From Octopus sinensis (taxonomy: Eukaryota), in NCBI RefSeq assembly GCF_006345805.1, contig NC_043015.1, positions 3,472,001 through 3,536,000 on the forward strand: DNA of 64,000 nt, given 5' to 3'. The translations under genes were made by a program, and so were the position numbers. The notes beneath the pieces are model-generated. The model worked only from the letters and a program-made list of their open reading frames with translations. It ran no database searches and was not told where the DNA came from. Shown here in pieces: positions 1-14,075 of the stretch. Each line of letters begins with the position of its first letter. The stretch's first letter is position 1.

Positions 1-151
1 CGACTTAATTTACATATAGATAGACGAAGTTCAGTTACATATATTTGAATGATATTGCTTGAAAGACAGACCTGCCTTCTCAAATAGAAGCAGGAAATCG
101 TATTCCTCTAAAAGAATGAAATGAGTTTTCTCTTTCAACAAACTCTGTGAT

Positions 152-461
152 ACAGTTCTATATTTAAGGGATGAGGTATTATGTTCAATATTTACATTTT
201 TTACATTTGAAGGATATTTGGCCTCATCTTGTTTGTTGTTAACACGTTTCAGCTGATACACCCTGATTATGATGATGGCAAAGATGACGACGATGATGAT
301 GATGTTGATGATGATTATATGAGGATGGTGATGATAATGATGATGATGACGACGATGACGATGATGATGGTGATGATGGTGGTGGGGATAATGATGATGA
401 TGATGATGATGATGGTAACGACGACGATAACGATGATTATGGTGATGGTGGTTGTGGGTTA

Positions 462-495
<34 letters not shown>

Positions 496-713
496 CGACG
501 ACGACGACGACGATGATGATGAGAATAACATCGAAAAAATACGTTCGGAATGAGAACCCAGGCCCCAAAATTCCTTAAAGCACCTGATGAAGCATGGAGG
601 GTATATCAGCGGAAACTTTGTGTTAACAACAAACATGATAAGGAGAAATATCCATCCAAAGTAAATAGTGTAAATATTGTATTTAATCCCTTATCTCTTA
701 AATATAAAACTAC
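152..713. mobile_element. Diverged inverted pair of PLE pseudo-LTR-like fragments (about 152-264 and 598-713) flanking a microsatellite
   Basis: The reverse complement of 152-264 (agggtgtatcagctgaaacgtgttaacaacaaacaagatgagg...cccttaaatatagaac) aligns with 598-713 (agggtatatcagcggaaactttgtgttaacaacaaacatgataagg...ctcttaaatataaaac). A CTGATGA...GAAAC core precedes and overlaps the right arm at 584-616. Confidence 0.55.
265..522 (+). repeat. Compound (GAT/ATG)n-(GAC)n-(GTG)n trinucleotide microsatellite
   Basis: Directly visible; explains the poly-H/S/D/M ORFs at 31-636 and 229-462. Confidence 0.97.
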
Positions 714-1894
714 ATAGTGATTTGCCTTTACTCTAACATAACTACGACTTTAATTTTATTTGAACGTCAGATAAACATAGTCGTGGTATTTCCTCGCAAA
801 ATTTTGAATTAAAATAAACAGAATAATAAGGTATAGCACTCAACCTTCTACCCATTCATATTCTTACACCGAGATTGCTGGTGAGAAATTGAAGCCTAAT
901 TCATTTATAACATTGATATGCCAATATTTGAAATATTCCACTGAAATCTATGGAACAATTATGAAAAATGTATGTTGGCTGTCTATAAATATCATACTAG
1001 GACGCATTATTCGTGATATCAATGTTTTATTTTCTCACGTGTTTTCTAGCAGCGTTTCGGGAAGAAATCCTTCTAAATATTTACTTTTGCAAAAATATTT
1101 CTCCCCTTAGCAACATGATCTGAAATAATTCGATATTCTTAAATTTCAAAATTCTTATTTTTTAAAACAAACCAAATTCAGACTACCAGAGTTGTGATAA
1201 AAAATATTACAAAATTAAATGCACTTGAAGTAGATTTTGTTAGCTATAAACTCTAAATGCTACTATGTTTTTCTAACTGTGATTTGAAGTTAAAGTCTTA
1301 TATGAATTGCCATCATCAGATACGATACGAATAAATTATTAGTTTACACAATTTATATAGGTAATTGTGTAGAGTGCAAATTACAATGTTGGAAATGGGA
1401 TACAGAAATTTGGTGATAACTGCACTTACTTCGTCAGGGACAGTGTCATCTGTATGACACCGTTTTTTTAACCGACGACGATACATATCATTGGTGAGGT
1501 CCCTATGTTCGGCTGTTTTGGCGATGCATACAAGCAACACAATTTCCGTTCTCCTTATTGTAGTTGATTTTAATGGCTACTGATACTATAAGAATTGCAC
1601 ACAGGACTGTACTGCCTTTGTACATGTAGATATTTAGTGCATTAGCTTACAGAAATTCTTAAGCTAAACCTAAGCGATAGTTTATACTTGGTTGGCCTAT
1701 GACAGTTCGGAAACTAGATATTATAAATCGGCGTGCAAAGACTAGATATTCTTTGTTTCTACGATGTACAAACTAATCGTCCGTCTATTCCATAAACAAC
1801 TTTTGGAGGTTTTGGATTTTGATGTTTCATTTCATATCTGAAGTAATATACTGAAATTTAAAAGCAAAATCATTGTTCACATTATCAAAATGAT

Positions 1895-1973
1895 CTTTCA
1901 CGCCGGAGCAGCATTTCGGTTTATTTTGGAAGCCTTTCACGCCGGAGCAGCATTTCGGTTTATTTTGGAAGCC
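1895..1973 (+). repeat. Perfect 39-bp tandem duplication
   Basis: ctttcacgccggagcagcatttcggtttattttggaagc occurs twice head-to-tail. Confidence 0.95.
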
Positions 1974-2859
1974 AATCAGTTAATCGATTTAATTACTCAA
2001 TATGGTAATGGAACATATTCAAGAAGGTTAAGTAAACAAGTTTTTGACAGCCGACACATCCTGAACTATATTTTGGTCGCTTGATATTATGAGATAATTT
2101 TCATTCCTCGTTCCATCTCCAGAAAATTTGCTTGTCCATTTTCTTTCATTTCCGTTAATAAAGAATAGAATTCGTAGTATGCGAATTCAATTACTCATTG
2201 TCCTTTGTTATTTCCTGTCCCCTCTCCATATTTTCCGGTACCATTCGTATTTTTATAATTCTTGATATCCACTTTCACCTTCAATTCACTTACACCTAAT
2301 GTATGGTTCACTTTCTTTTGTTTGAAGGGACTGTGAAACTACCTGCAAAATATTTCAGTTGCTTTATCATAACAGCTACAAGAGGGAATTGACTATAAAT
2401 TTGTGACATGCAAAATACAAATAATGAATGCTAAAGAAAGGGAAAAGAACATAAGGAAGTGACAAGGAGTTTGTTTGGAACACCGTACGGCCAAAAGTCT
2501 CAGAATTCTATTTAACCTGGATAAATATATTTCATATAGTTCGGGACAACATGCCCAGTAGCAATATTAAGAAATACCGATGGTGTAATACATATATTGT
2601 TATTGATAACGGCTGTGGGAACTACATCTAAAATAGTAAAAAGAAAAACAAGAAAACATCATTACAGAGAGGTATTATGAATTTCATAAATATCCGAAGA
2701 ACAATGAGAGGAGATGCATTTACAGAAACATTGAATATACTAAATTAAGCAAAACAATAAGAAAAAAAATGAAAGAAAATAAAAGACAGATATGGTGGTG
2801 TTTAGGTAAATAACTGAAAACGAGAAAAGTCTTCACAAAAACTAAGCTAAAACATAATT

Positions 2860-4330
2860 ATGACATGTAACACGATCATTAGTCTAAATGATAATGAGGG
2901 AAAGTAACTTATAGAAGATGTATAAATATTAGAAATTATGAAAGAATTCTATCTAAGACTATATCAATCAAAAACGTTTCCCACATAAATTCAAAACAAA
3001 GCGTCGCAGATGATTTTGGAGGCAGTAGTTCGAAATGTTATAAACGAAATGGACAAAATGGAAATCTGCAGCTTCAGATCGGATTGAAATAAACATAAAA
3101 AAATGTTGTTGGGGCAAGCACTGAGGGGGAAGTAGATAACTTATTTACAAGAACAATAGATGTTCGGAAATCAACTGTATTTATAAAAAATTGGAATGCC
3201 AAAGACCTAAAGAACTACAGCCAAATAAGTCTGTTATCACCCATGTGGAAGAGCTTCTGAAAAATGATATGAAACAGAATTGAGAGAAAGCTGGATGAGA
3301 ACACTTCTGCAGAACAGATAAGTTTCAGGAGAAAGTATAATACATTAGACCACATAATCCTATAAACTAACTGAGAAAAAATACCAAACCTACAAAATAC
3401 GATTTCAAGATTTTCAATTTCTTTTTATTCCATAGAAATTGATGATATTATAAGAGCACCGGAAAGAAAAGGAATCAATGGAGACTATGTAAAGTAATTA
3501 GAGATGCGTATACCAATTGTAGAATTATAACAGCAATAAACAACATATTGGTAACGGATTCAGATAAGGAGACACCATATAACCCAAATTATTCACATCT
3601 ATACTGTAAGAGGATTTTAGAATCTTACATGTGCCAGATGAAGAAATAAATATAAACAGATACATTCTAAATCTTCTCAGATTAACTCAGAGTATTGTAC
3701 TCAGTTCCAGGAGCATTAAAGATGCAAGAGATATGTTCAAGAAACTAACACATAAAAACTAAAATGTCGACTCAGAATTAATGTTAATGAAACGAAGATA
3801 ATCACCAAGCAACTAATCATAGCTATAAATGAAGTGTTATATGATGAAATATTTCAACACGTAAATCAATGCACCTACTTGAAACACTTATATGCTTAAA
3901 GGATAAAAATCTGACAAAATAGATTGAACGACGAATGAAATTAGTATTAGAGTCCTTCAGTCAAAATTAATCAGATCGCGAACAGTAATTTACTTATGTG
4001 ACTAGAAAGAGACGTTTTCTCTCCACTGCCGATCGTTAAATTTGCCTCAGAAGCACTGGTACTCGAGCACTGAAAATATATTAAGTGCAACACAGAATAA
4101 TAGGGTAGGGAATGCTTAAGAATAACAAAATGGATATCTAAAGAAACAATAGGGTAAAAATGGCAACTTATGTAACAGGTGTTATGTAGATTTCTTTTTT
4201 AAAACTCTGAGGTGTTCTTAGCGATGTACCTGTTTGGACAATACAAGTAATTTTAAATTGACAGATTGAACACCATGTCAACAGAAACAAGAATGGGCAC
4301 ACAGTGCAGAATTTGGAATGAAGAGTTTGT
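2860..4330 (+). mobile_element. Decayed RTE-clade LINE (reverse transcriptase region and 3' end)
   Basis: Frameshifted remnants of RT motifs: K..AKDLKNY.QISLLS (3185-3245), KLDEN.SAEQ..FRR.Y.TLDHI (3285-3355), G.R.GD.I.PKLFT (3555-3600), Y.GH-like (3865-3890). Confidence 0.85.
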
Positions 4331-5037
4331 TCAGTTCTCTGGTACCCAAGTATGGAGAAAAAACATCAGGCAGTGGTTGGTTGAGGGAACACACTGAGAC
4401 ATTCATCCAGTTGTGGACTGAACATGTGAAACTACGTTGAAGTAAACATTCGATCAGATTGGGATATCATTATCACAAACATACAACATCGCAGACTTTT
4501 TTCTATTTGTGGTTGTAACGATTTTACTTCACTTATCATTTTAAAGATACATGGAGATACATAACAATTGCATCATATCATATACACAGGCGAACTGTTA
4601 AATGTTTTAGTGTATCTGTGTGTGTTGGTTTGTGCGCGTACGCCTGAGTGTATACGAGTACACAAAACATCAAAACAAGTATAGTTTTATGCATTCCATG
4701 CCAAAATATATATGAAGATAGCATATATGAATGTCAGTACGTGTGTGTATACTTGCGTATGATAGGATGCATGTGGGTGTTTTACATTGATTATTTCAAC
4801 AAATTTCCTTCAATATTTTGAAATATGATGGCCAAAAGGTTACGTCTGGGTTAAATATTACAGCACCTCAGAGAATCTAACGATTATATTCGTGCCAAAA
4901 ACTTTTGATGCATCGTCTTTTATCAGCAACTGTCTCATAAATATTGACGCGAGTGTATGTTCGTATATGTATGTTTCTGTATATGTGTAAACAGAATTGT
5001 CTTGCTATATGCATATACAAATCATAACACACCACAG

Positions 5038-5040
5038 GTA

Positions 5041-5123
<83 letters not shown>

Positions 5124-5229
5124 TATATGTATGTATATATCCTTCTATTTATCTATCTACCTTTGAGAGAGATAGGTAGATAGATAGATATAAGGATAGA
5201 TACATAGATAGGCATATATATTTGTATAT

Positions 5230-5285
<56 letters not shown>

Positions 5286-5297
5286 ATATATATATAT
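5038..5297. repeat. Compound (TA)n-(TCTA)n/(TAGA)n-(TA)n microsatellite with internal strand switch
   Basis: Directly visible; tctatctacct...aggtagataga form a local inverted pair at about 5150-5185. Confidence 0.95.
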
Positions 5298-5859
5298 GAA
5301 TGTGAGAATGTGTTTAAGCATTGTGCATCTAAGTGTGTTAATGTGTCCTAATAGGGAAGAATTCATTTTCTTTCCCTTTGAAACACTAATTTTACCGTCG
5401 CGATTGTGGACACTCATTGACACTTATTAAGTCTAATTCTTAAATGCTTAATATTTAGAAATGTTTTGCTTGGAACAATAGCGTTTATAATTTCATATTC
5501 GCATTAAGTCATTAAAACCCTCCCATGTGCCACATCTATAATCATATAAATGTTTTCCATACTGTACATCAGGTCGCAAATAATCAATGAACGCGTATGG
5601 CCTGAACTTACCATCTCAGTATAAAAACCACAATGCAATGGTATTCATTTTCTATCTTTAACAATTCATAAATAATTTGTATTTCACAATATAATTATGA
5701 AAGGTTGGACCCGCAATATGCAAATCTAAGAAATTCGTATAGATCATAGGTACAGAGACGAAATTAACTCTGCCCATTTTTCCTGCGAGATTCATGGGTG
5801 TATAGTCCTCACACATCATCTGTATGATGTGCTATCAGACACAGTGGTATTAGAATTTA

Positions 5860-6620
5860 CGTTCGGAGTCCAAAGTGCAATGAAAGGTGATGATGTATAT
5901 ATAATCTAAACAACTTGTTCTTGTCCTACCAGTAGGGCTCCTACCGTTTGACTTAGATTCGAACACGTCTTGTGATTCTTTTGTAATGCATAATGATTAC
6001 TGTCCATCGTTCAGGCCCTCGAAATGTGGTTGCAGATGATCGAGGTGGAGCGACACCTAGATAACTGAGCTACTTACACCCTCGAAAAACGTTACTCCGC
6101 ATATTACTCGGAGGAACCTCATTGCGGTCCTCTGTATCTCATAAACATACATTTTCAGGAATTCCCTAACAACTAAACCCATAGGTAAATATAGCCACTA
6201 AAATGTCACAAAAGTAATGTTGTTGGTTTTGAATATCCTCTTTATTCATGAAGATCGAATACATTGACCCCTTGCATTACTTTGCCACAACATGAAACTC
6301 ATGTGTCTAATTTACTCTCCTGAAGTCTACCACTCTTGAATAGGACCCCGAGACACTTAACCCTGTCCACTTATTTCACCGAGATTTGTCTAACACGCAG
6401 AGTAGAAAAGGAAAACTTTCATGAGATGGTTAATATTGGGGGCTTCGCAACACATTTTCATTGGTATCATGCAACCCTCGGCAGTGAACATCATCCATCT
6501 TTGCAGGTGATCATCCCTTAATATGGCTAGTAACACCATGTCCTCTGCATACATCAGCCGACCAAATTAACGATACTGACTCTTCTACAACGGCTGCACA
6601 TTTCAATCATTTTCATTAAG
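5860..6620 (-). mobile_element. Decayed RTE-like LINE 3' fragment (second family)
   Basis: Minus-strand translation gives RLMYAEDMVLLA (YADD motif), VDRVKCLGVLFKS, EIQRTAMRFLRVICGVT and GRSPTGRTRTSCLDYI, matching the RT C-terminus of RTE elements. Confidence 0.85.
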
Positions 6621-8341
6621 TTATATGGAGAAAGAGTTAATAATATACTATTGCCTTTGTCTCACTGTCTTGTTTAGACATAGACCAATTTAGCCGAACC
6701 GAGAGAAACATGCATTCGCAAAAGGGACTTTACGTTAACCGTATGTAGTTTCTCAATCACAGCCTTTTCCAAAAAAATAAATTTACATTTACCGCATCTC
6801 ACTTTCTTCTGCATTCTTCGATGGGTAGAAATCCTCTTACAAAGCGTGCTGTTTGCTGTCAACATTTGCTAAAGGGAGGGCTAGGGAGGCCTTGGCTTCT
6901 GATGCACTGACATGTGCGGGGGCTGAGGAATCTGTGCCTATACCTGGATGGTGAACAGGTGTGGTCTCCGTTCGTTAATTCCTGAGCTTACTAGTTTGAG
7001 TGAACTAGGGCCTTGGATCTTAGTTGCCAAAACGATATATATATATCAAAGATACAGATAATAATAGTTTTATTCTGAAACGCAGGATAATGTAGATAAT
7101 ATAGGACGAACTGGATAACAATGTCGGCGGCTAGCGATGGGACTGAACCTCACATTCCTGTGACTATGCGTCAAGTTCTTTACCATGAATCTAAACTGCC
7201 CCAGCGGCAGATTCTACTGCAAATTTAGGATACAAAAATCCATCTTTATACGACACTATCGTACGTTAAATTCAACTTACGTTAACAGTCAACAAACGCG
7301 TAAAGTGTTTCACCTTCAATGTAATTTGAATTAACGTACGCTAGGGTCGTGTACATGTATATGTGCGTGCGTGTATGTATGTGTGTAGGTATGTATGCAT
7401 ATATATACATTTATAAGTATATTTATGCTTATATATACATATACATGTATCTGTATGTATGCATGTACGTATAAATATTATAGAAACGCACTTTGAATTT
7501 TATATGAATGTAGTCAAGTATGTTTAATATGCTCGGCTTCTCTCCAACAGAGTTGAAGTATAGGCGCGGAGAGAATCGAAAGATATAATAAGACTCAGAG
7601 ACATTCGTGCTACAGAAAATGTTGAATTGTACGACGCAAAATTTATCTCAAAGTGATTCTTCATTAACTATACACCCTTATTCAATCCTTCATGTAATTA
7701 TCAATTGTTTATTGAAATATGTAAAAAAAAACACCAAAAAATACCTTTTTACTTTTTACTATTTCGAATGCACTTTCGAGCGGAAATAAATTGACTTTTA
7801 CTGCACAAAGCATTGCAGAATGGTATCCACTCGCGCGCGGGCGTGTCTTTGCGCGTGTTTTTGGATGTGTTGGCGTTTCTCTCTTTGTGTGTGGCTGTGT
7901 TTGTACGTGCTTATGTGTGCGTGTGTGTTTGTGTGTCTGTGTTCGCCTATGTGCACAGGTGTGCTAAGGGATTTCGCTGCAGATATAGAATCGGGAGGGA
8001 ATTATGTGTATTGCTAGCAATAATTAACAAATTATTGCTTGATAGAAGCGAAGGTGGGAAGATTCAGACAATTTAATTTCGGAAGATTTGTTATTTGCAG
8101 AAACACATGGGAATGGCAAATTCAGAATCAAGGCTTTCATTAGCGAGAGGTGGCGCTGAAATCTAAGTATGTCACGTAATGATGAAAAGTTACGTGCATT
8201 TGCTGACTGAATTGTTAATTTGGATTACCAAATACCTTGAAGGAAGAGTTGGTGCGGTGCATGGAACAATGAAGAAATATCGCTTTAATTAGTAAACAAG
8301 TAAATGTGGCGATGTTCGGAAACTAATTTTATTCTAACAAG

Positions 8342-8441
8342 AACATATTACACATGGTTTGTAAACATAGTTACTCCACCGCATGAATTCGAGAATTATG
8401 AGAAAAAGAAAACCCAAATAGCCAAATCTCTTAAAGTGCAG
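8342..8441 (+). CDS. Candidate internal exon of an unidentified gene (TYYTWFVNIVTPPHEFENYEKKKTQIAKSLKVQ)
   Basis: ttttattctaacaAG acceptor, CAG|GTAATG donor, 100 nt, open frame, non-repetitive. No homology recognised. Confidence 0.3.
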
Positions 8442-8973
8442 GTAATGAATATGAGGCAATGCCAACATGAAACACAACATATTCCGTCCATTTGCTATAT
8501 TGCTAAATAATGGCACGATTTATATATCAATTTTTCGCATTTCATCTCATAGCAGCAAATTCGATATTCTGGTCTTGTGTATATACTGGAAGTTTAAAAA
8601 GTATTTGCAGACAAGTGACAAAGCCGCACAAGTAAAATAAAATAAAATTTTGTCAGAAGCAATAAAAATTCTGTAAAATTTATTGAAGTCAAGTATTTAA
8701 TAGAAATGTTTTGTTTAAAATCTTTTCAACTGGAAATTGCCAGTTTACTTTTATTTCGAATTCGGCAGCAGAGTAACTCGCGTATAGGGTGCTGATGAGC
8801 TGAAATAAGTGCAAATTATCGTTATGCACCGGTTTTTGTCTCATACAATTCGATTCCTGTTTGCGTGGTTTTGAGTTACGTGTTGTCTTATTAATTCTTA
8901 TAGGGACTTTCCATGGAAATATGCAGCGACTAAAAGTCAATTAGACGAAACACATACATGAAATATATTACAT

Positions 8974-9005
<32 letters not shown>

Positions 9006-9010
<5 letters not shown>

Positions 9011-9238
9011 GTTCGGATGTCGAACTCATGATCGTTAGATTGCGGTTTCGATTCCTGGACCGGGCGATCCGTTGTGTTCTTCAGTAAAACACATCATTTT
9101 ACGTTTCTCCAGTCCACCCAGCTGGGAAAAATGAGTAAGCCTGCGACGGACCGGCGTCCCGTCCAGGTGGGATACTTCTACTCCACTGAAACCGGGAAAA
9201 CCGGCCCTTAAGGGCCTTGCATGGCTCGTGAAGGAACA

Positions 9239-9240
<2 letters not shown>
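9006..9240 (+). mobile_element. tRNA-derived SINE (CORE-like central domain)
   Basis: A-box-like tagtggtt, B-box gtttcgattcc, central tgtgttctt...ccagtccacccagctgg..aaaaatgagt shared with the SINE at 53672. Confidence 0.85.
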
Positions 9241-9273
<33 letters not shown>

Positions 9274-11694
9274 AAATTGCAATTCAGGCCAAGGGACAGG
9301 GTGTTCATGGGCTTGTCGTCCGGGGAGGGTCTGTTCAAATGCGTTTCGATCTACCTGTTATAAGGCGTATATCATAGGTTGAATGATTGAAAAAAAAATC
9401 TAGAATGGACTTTCTAGAAAGGTGGAACATGCAAACTAGTGTGTTGTGATGCTGATGTTGCACACGCTAATTTCGCGAAGTTGTACCCAAATTTTGCCTT
9501 AATATTTCATGAACTGATTTGGGAGATCAGACTCATACACGATAAATATTTTCATTAACGCACTTTTAAGGCGCCCTCCGCCATCTCGGAAAAATGACCT
9601 GCTCATATCCCATAGCGAAGGAAAAATACCGTTGATTTCTTCAGAAGCTCTGGGTTGATGGTGTCAAGTGTGGACGCAAGACTGGATATTGAAGGTTACC
9701 AGAAAAACCATTCGCTCTGGTGTTCGGAACTGCGAATATCAACATCTTACAACGATAATAAAATTCCTCAATGGAGTTTTGATTAAGATGTCAGATTCAC
9801 CTCCTCGGGCGGACGTCCAACTACAAAACACTAAGCGTTGGGTATTTTCAACTGAAATCCAGTTTAACTTCCAATGAACTTTAGTCTCAACATCACTAAT
9901 GTCAGGGTATTGATCTGAGAATCATACAGACATGCACTTAACTGCGGAATTAAAAGAGAAGAATGCACTTATCTGCCCAGTCAAAGAAGAAACTAAATCT
10001 TGGAATATCAAAACGAGTTTGACTTTGGCGGCTATGATCAAATGATGATCTGCCAAGGGACACAAAGCACGCCGAGCACGCCCAGTGTATATGTGGAAGC
10101 TGCTCATCCAAGCTGTTTGCGCCATACTGAATGTGGCTACATTTAAATTACCTAACATTGCCAGATGCAGCCTTCGTTTCAAACGTTATTTTGCACATCC
10201 AACTCAACTGGAAAGTGTTGTTTTGAAAGCCATAGACTGCCATAATTTTTCTGACGATTCATCTGCAAAAAATGATAGTACTATTGTGATATCTGGTGAA
10301 TCGATATTTGGTAAATTTGTCTTGTATCTGGTTTCTACATACTAACTGTTAGTTTCTCATATATATTTGCAATACCAACTTGAGGTACGTCATATAATTT
10401 CGAAAAAATGGAGGTTGGTCTATATGTTCCGCCAAATCAGTTACATCGTATATAAGCTTCAAAACACGCTTATTTCATTTTTAACTTTCGCCTCTAAAAA
10501 TGTTACTATAACTTTCTTCAAGATAAAATAGCATTTTACACCAAATCTACACACACTGTTATAATAGAATAATACTTTAGCAAATCAACTGTCAGCTGAT
10601 ATCTTACGCATCGCTTCGTAACGAATTTGATATCCTTATTTAGCAGATATGTTTTGCAGAATTCATTCACTGTAAATATTAGCGAGATTGCACATCAAAA
10701 TGTAAAGTGCTGGGCTACTGCATCTGATTAATCCCTCTAATTTAAATTGTTATACTTAAAAGGAAGACGCTATCTGCCGATTATTCAAGATGGATCCATT
10801 TTAAATGCTTACTTCACTGTACGCGACCTTGGGACGTGAAAGGCGATCTTGATAATGTTATTTTTTTTTTACAATTTATGATTATTCCATATTACTTTAA
10901 TATCACTAGCAACACAATTTCCTGAAGATAATGAATAATGGATAATGGAACATGCTACTCTATTTGTAGGCATTGCGTTAATATTTAGTTTCTTTTCGGT
11001 ATAAACTACGTTGAAATTTTAAATATATTTGAGATGTTTTGATATGTTCTTTTAGAGATTATTCGGATAAATGTTGACAATATACGTTTTAAAATAATGG
11101 CACAAAATTAATTATATAAGAATTTTATCGGTTGGTTATGTATTTTTTTCGAATAAATTATTCTTATTCCAAAAACACACAATTATGTACAGCCATTTTG
11201 ATTTTTCTCACTTTCAGAATTTAAATGGCAATATATTATCATTTAACAATTTGAAAAGGCTCCCTACCTCACATTTTTCTTAATATAATATGCACAGTTA
11301 TTTTGATCAGATAAATGTTTTGTAATTTTCAATCCTTCCAATTAAAGCTTATTTTTTGAATATCTGAAATAAATGCTATATAAGAGATGAAATTGCAAAA
11401 TAGACGATTAACAATTTTACTGATTGAAAATATGTTTAAAATTGACAATTCCAAATTTCGTTTCTGAATCGCAGATATGAGCTTATATACAGTGCACCTT
11501 ATGCTCAATGTGGCATTTCTCCCCTAAGTTGGAAATAGTATTTCTAAGTTATATAATTACGTAATTCATATATAAATATCATTATTCTTTAGAATTACAA
11601 GTATATGTACTCTATCGCAGGAACATCTGATTTACATGGAATGAATAAAACCGAGACTTAAGCTTAAGTGGACTCTAACACGCAAATATTTTCT

Positions 11695-11830
11695 GCAATA
11701 TATGCCGGCAAGTTGGCATAATCGGTAGCAGGCCGAGCAATATGCTTTGCGTCTTTTCGTTCCCTTTCCTTATAAATTCAGCTGAGGTGGACGTTGCCTT
11801 TCATCCATTCGGTATCGATAAAATAAGTAT
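11695..11830 (+). mobile_element. Decayed tRNA-derived SINE
   Basis: Conserved body aaattcagctgaggtggacgttgcctttcatccattcggtatcgataaaataagta; a related remnant lies at about 28720-28810. Confidence 0.65.
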
Positions 11831-12428
11831 CTTCCCCCAGCATGTGCACTTATCAGCCGACCTTCCTATAAACCAGGAAATGCTAACTTTTTTATGTCCT
11901 GGTAATATGATGCATGGAATGCTAATTTTTCTCCCTTCACGGACAAGATTAAGAATTATTAAGACACTTCTAAACGTACCCTTGAATGAGGCAAAGTACA
12001 AGATTTTTGGCATGGGTTCAGTGTGAACAATTTAAACGGAGATCAGTATTTTCAATGTTTCACAGAATACAGTTAAAGACGTAAAAACAATTGAGAGTTC
12101 ACTGAATTCTAGCCTTACAACAACGAGATACGTTTACGAAGAACAGAACTTAAAGTCACATAAATATTTCAATACAACAGCTGGATGATTAATGCTCTCA
12201 CAATTGAAAGCACGTATATTTTGATAATTCGAGAAACTATATTACATAACAGAAACGAATTTTTCACGCACATATAATCAAGGAAATTGCAGACACATAT
12301 AATATTTCGAAGGATGTAAAACTTAAACACTTCAGCAGCGTCCAAATTAATCATTTATGGTAGTGCAGTAAATATCCATATGTTTCAGTAAAATATTAAA
12401 CGTAAAATATTAGAATTCTACAAATATT

Positions 12429-12572
12429 GTTATCATCATCATCATCATCATCATCATCATTATCATCATCATCAATATTGTTATCATCATCATCAATATT
12501 GTTATCATCATCATCATCATCATCATCATCGTTGTTATTGTTGTTGTCATTATTATTATTATTATCATTATT
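12429..12572 (+). repeat. (ATC)n/(GTT)n/(ATT)n compound microsatellite
   Basis: Directly visible. Confidence 0.95.
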
Positions 12573-13949
12573 CAATAGTCCTATTTTAATCACTTGCTGC
12601 CACTGCACTACCTAGCGCAGTTTTGTGTGCTTTGGGTATGTGTTGTGGTTTCCTGTGATACTCTCATTTTTATGAAGTACTCTTACGGTTATCTCGTGGT
12701 TTACCAGAACTACCGAGCGCAGCTCTGTGTGCCTTGGGCGTGTACAGTGGTGTGTTGTGATGCTCTTATTTTTACTGCATTGAAAGTGTTTCTCATAGGA
12801 CTTGTAGTTTTACTTTCTTTACATTATATATACTTCTAAGTCCTGTTGATTGTGCTATGCATTTGTCTGAATATTATTTTCATCATACCTCATACGTCTA
12901 CTATAATAGAAATTGTTTCTGTTTTTAGGCTCCAGATTCTACATACCTATATTTCCAGGCTTGAGAAACGTTACAGTCCGTGTTAAAGAATCTATCTCTC
13001 TCTTTCATTCTTGCAAGAAATCTCCAGTTCATTCATGAACTTTTACCATGCCTTTGCTGTCAGTAATATTAAACTGGGGATGATCGAATATAAGAAATTA
13101 TTAAAGTGAACAACGAGTCCCCTGGAAAAATCCTCATTTGATATTAACTTTCCCTAACAGTGTGTCACCTGAAAAGCGGTCTACTTTTATTCCTTAATGC
13201 TACAGCTAATTAGTTCTCTTATATTTTCTTCTATACTGAATATACTAAAACATTCACTTACCTCTGAGAGTGAACTTATATCACAGGCTTTCCTATAACT
13301 TAACCATACAATTGTTATTGTTTTTTCTACATTATACTTCATTTAGAATCCCGTTGTCTATGTATAACAGATCATGCGTTCTTCTAGCTTTCTTCCAGAA
13401 TCATTTCTGTTCTTCTGGAAGTGAATTCCTGTTGCTCGTAATAAGATACTTGTAGATGCTTTCAGAAAGCTTTCCTTATATCAGTCCCCACACTCAAATT
13501 GCATACAGTATTATCGTTGTAAAAAATTCAAAGCCTTACTGTTGTTTCTGGGATATACTCGAGTAAGGGATATTCCGACATCAGAGACAAATAGGGAAGA
13601 AAGGGAAAATGAGATCGTTATATATTAATATGATGGCATCATAGTTCAAATTTACGAAGATATAGAAACAAAAATATGTCTTCAGGTGCAATCCCTCCTA
13701 AATCCATGATTCTATGCCTTTGGAAAGTAGAACTATGAACTTTACGCTCCTTTTTCTTTTCTTTCTTTCATCCCTTTATTCCTTTAGTCCCATCCTCTAT
13801 ATCAACAACGCATTACTATATACCATTCTCATTTCCCCTTTTTTTTTCACTGTCTCTCTCTGATGACAGAACATCTCATGATCGAGTATTTCACAGAAAC
13901 AGCTGTAACAATTGGAATTTGTTCAAATAATAATATCGTATATGGCCTC

Positions 13950-14075
13950 AAATACTTGCCTTGCTTTAATGTTTGTTTAATAAAGAATAATCCTGGGAAC
14001 GATTGGTCCAATGAAATGTGGTGCTCCAGTTTGGCCGTAGTCAAACCAATGAAACAGGTAAAACAAAAAAGACAT
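13950..14075 (+). mobile_element. SINE 3' tail remnant (same family as 43542, 46781, 51177)
   Basis: aaagaataatcctggg...ggtgctccag...ggccgtagtcaaac...gaaacaggtaaaa matches the family 3' end. Confidence 0.7.

Noticed and set aside
1316-1540. Minus-strand ORF ending at a consensus GAA|GTAAGT donor (1430)
   Set aside because: No convincing in-frame acceptor and no recognisable product; could not be supported beyond the donor motif.
1895-1973. 39-bp repeat (and the 27-bp array at 44505, 26-bp duplication near 45277-45330) as CRISPR-like arrays
   Set aside because: No spacers, eukaryotic context, no cas genes; simple tandem duplications.
6674-6865. C2H2 zinc-finger-like ORF (HRRMQ..VRCGKCKFIF)
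   Set aside because: His/Cys spacing does not complete a finger and there is no tandem repetition typical of octopus ZNF genes.
8792-8805. CTGATGAgctGAAA
   Set aside because: Only 3 nt between the core segments; no stem II or stem I.
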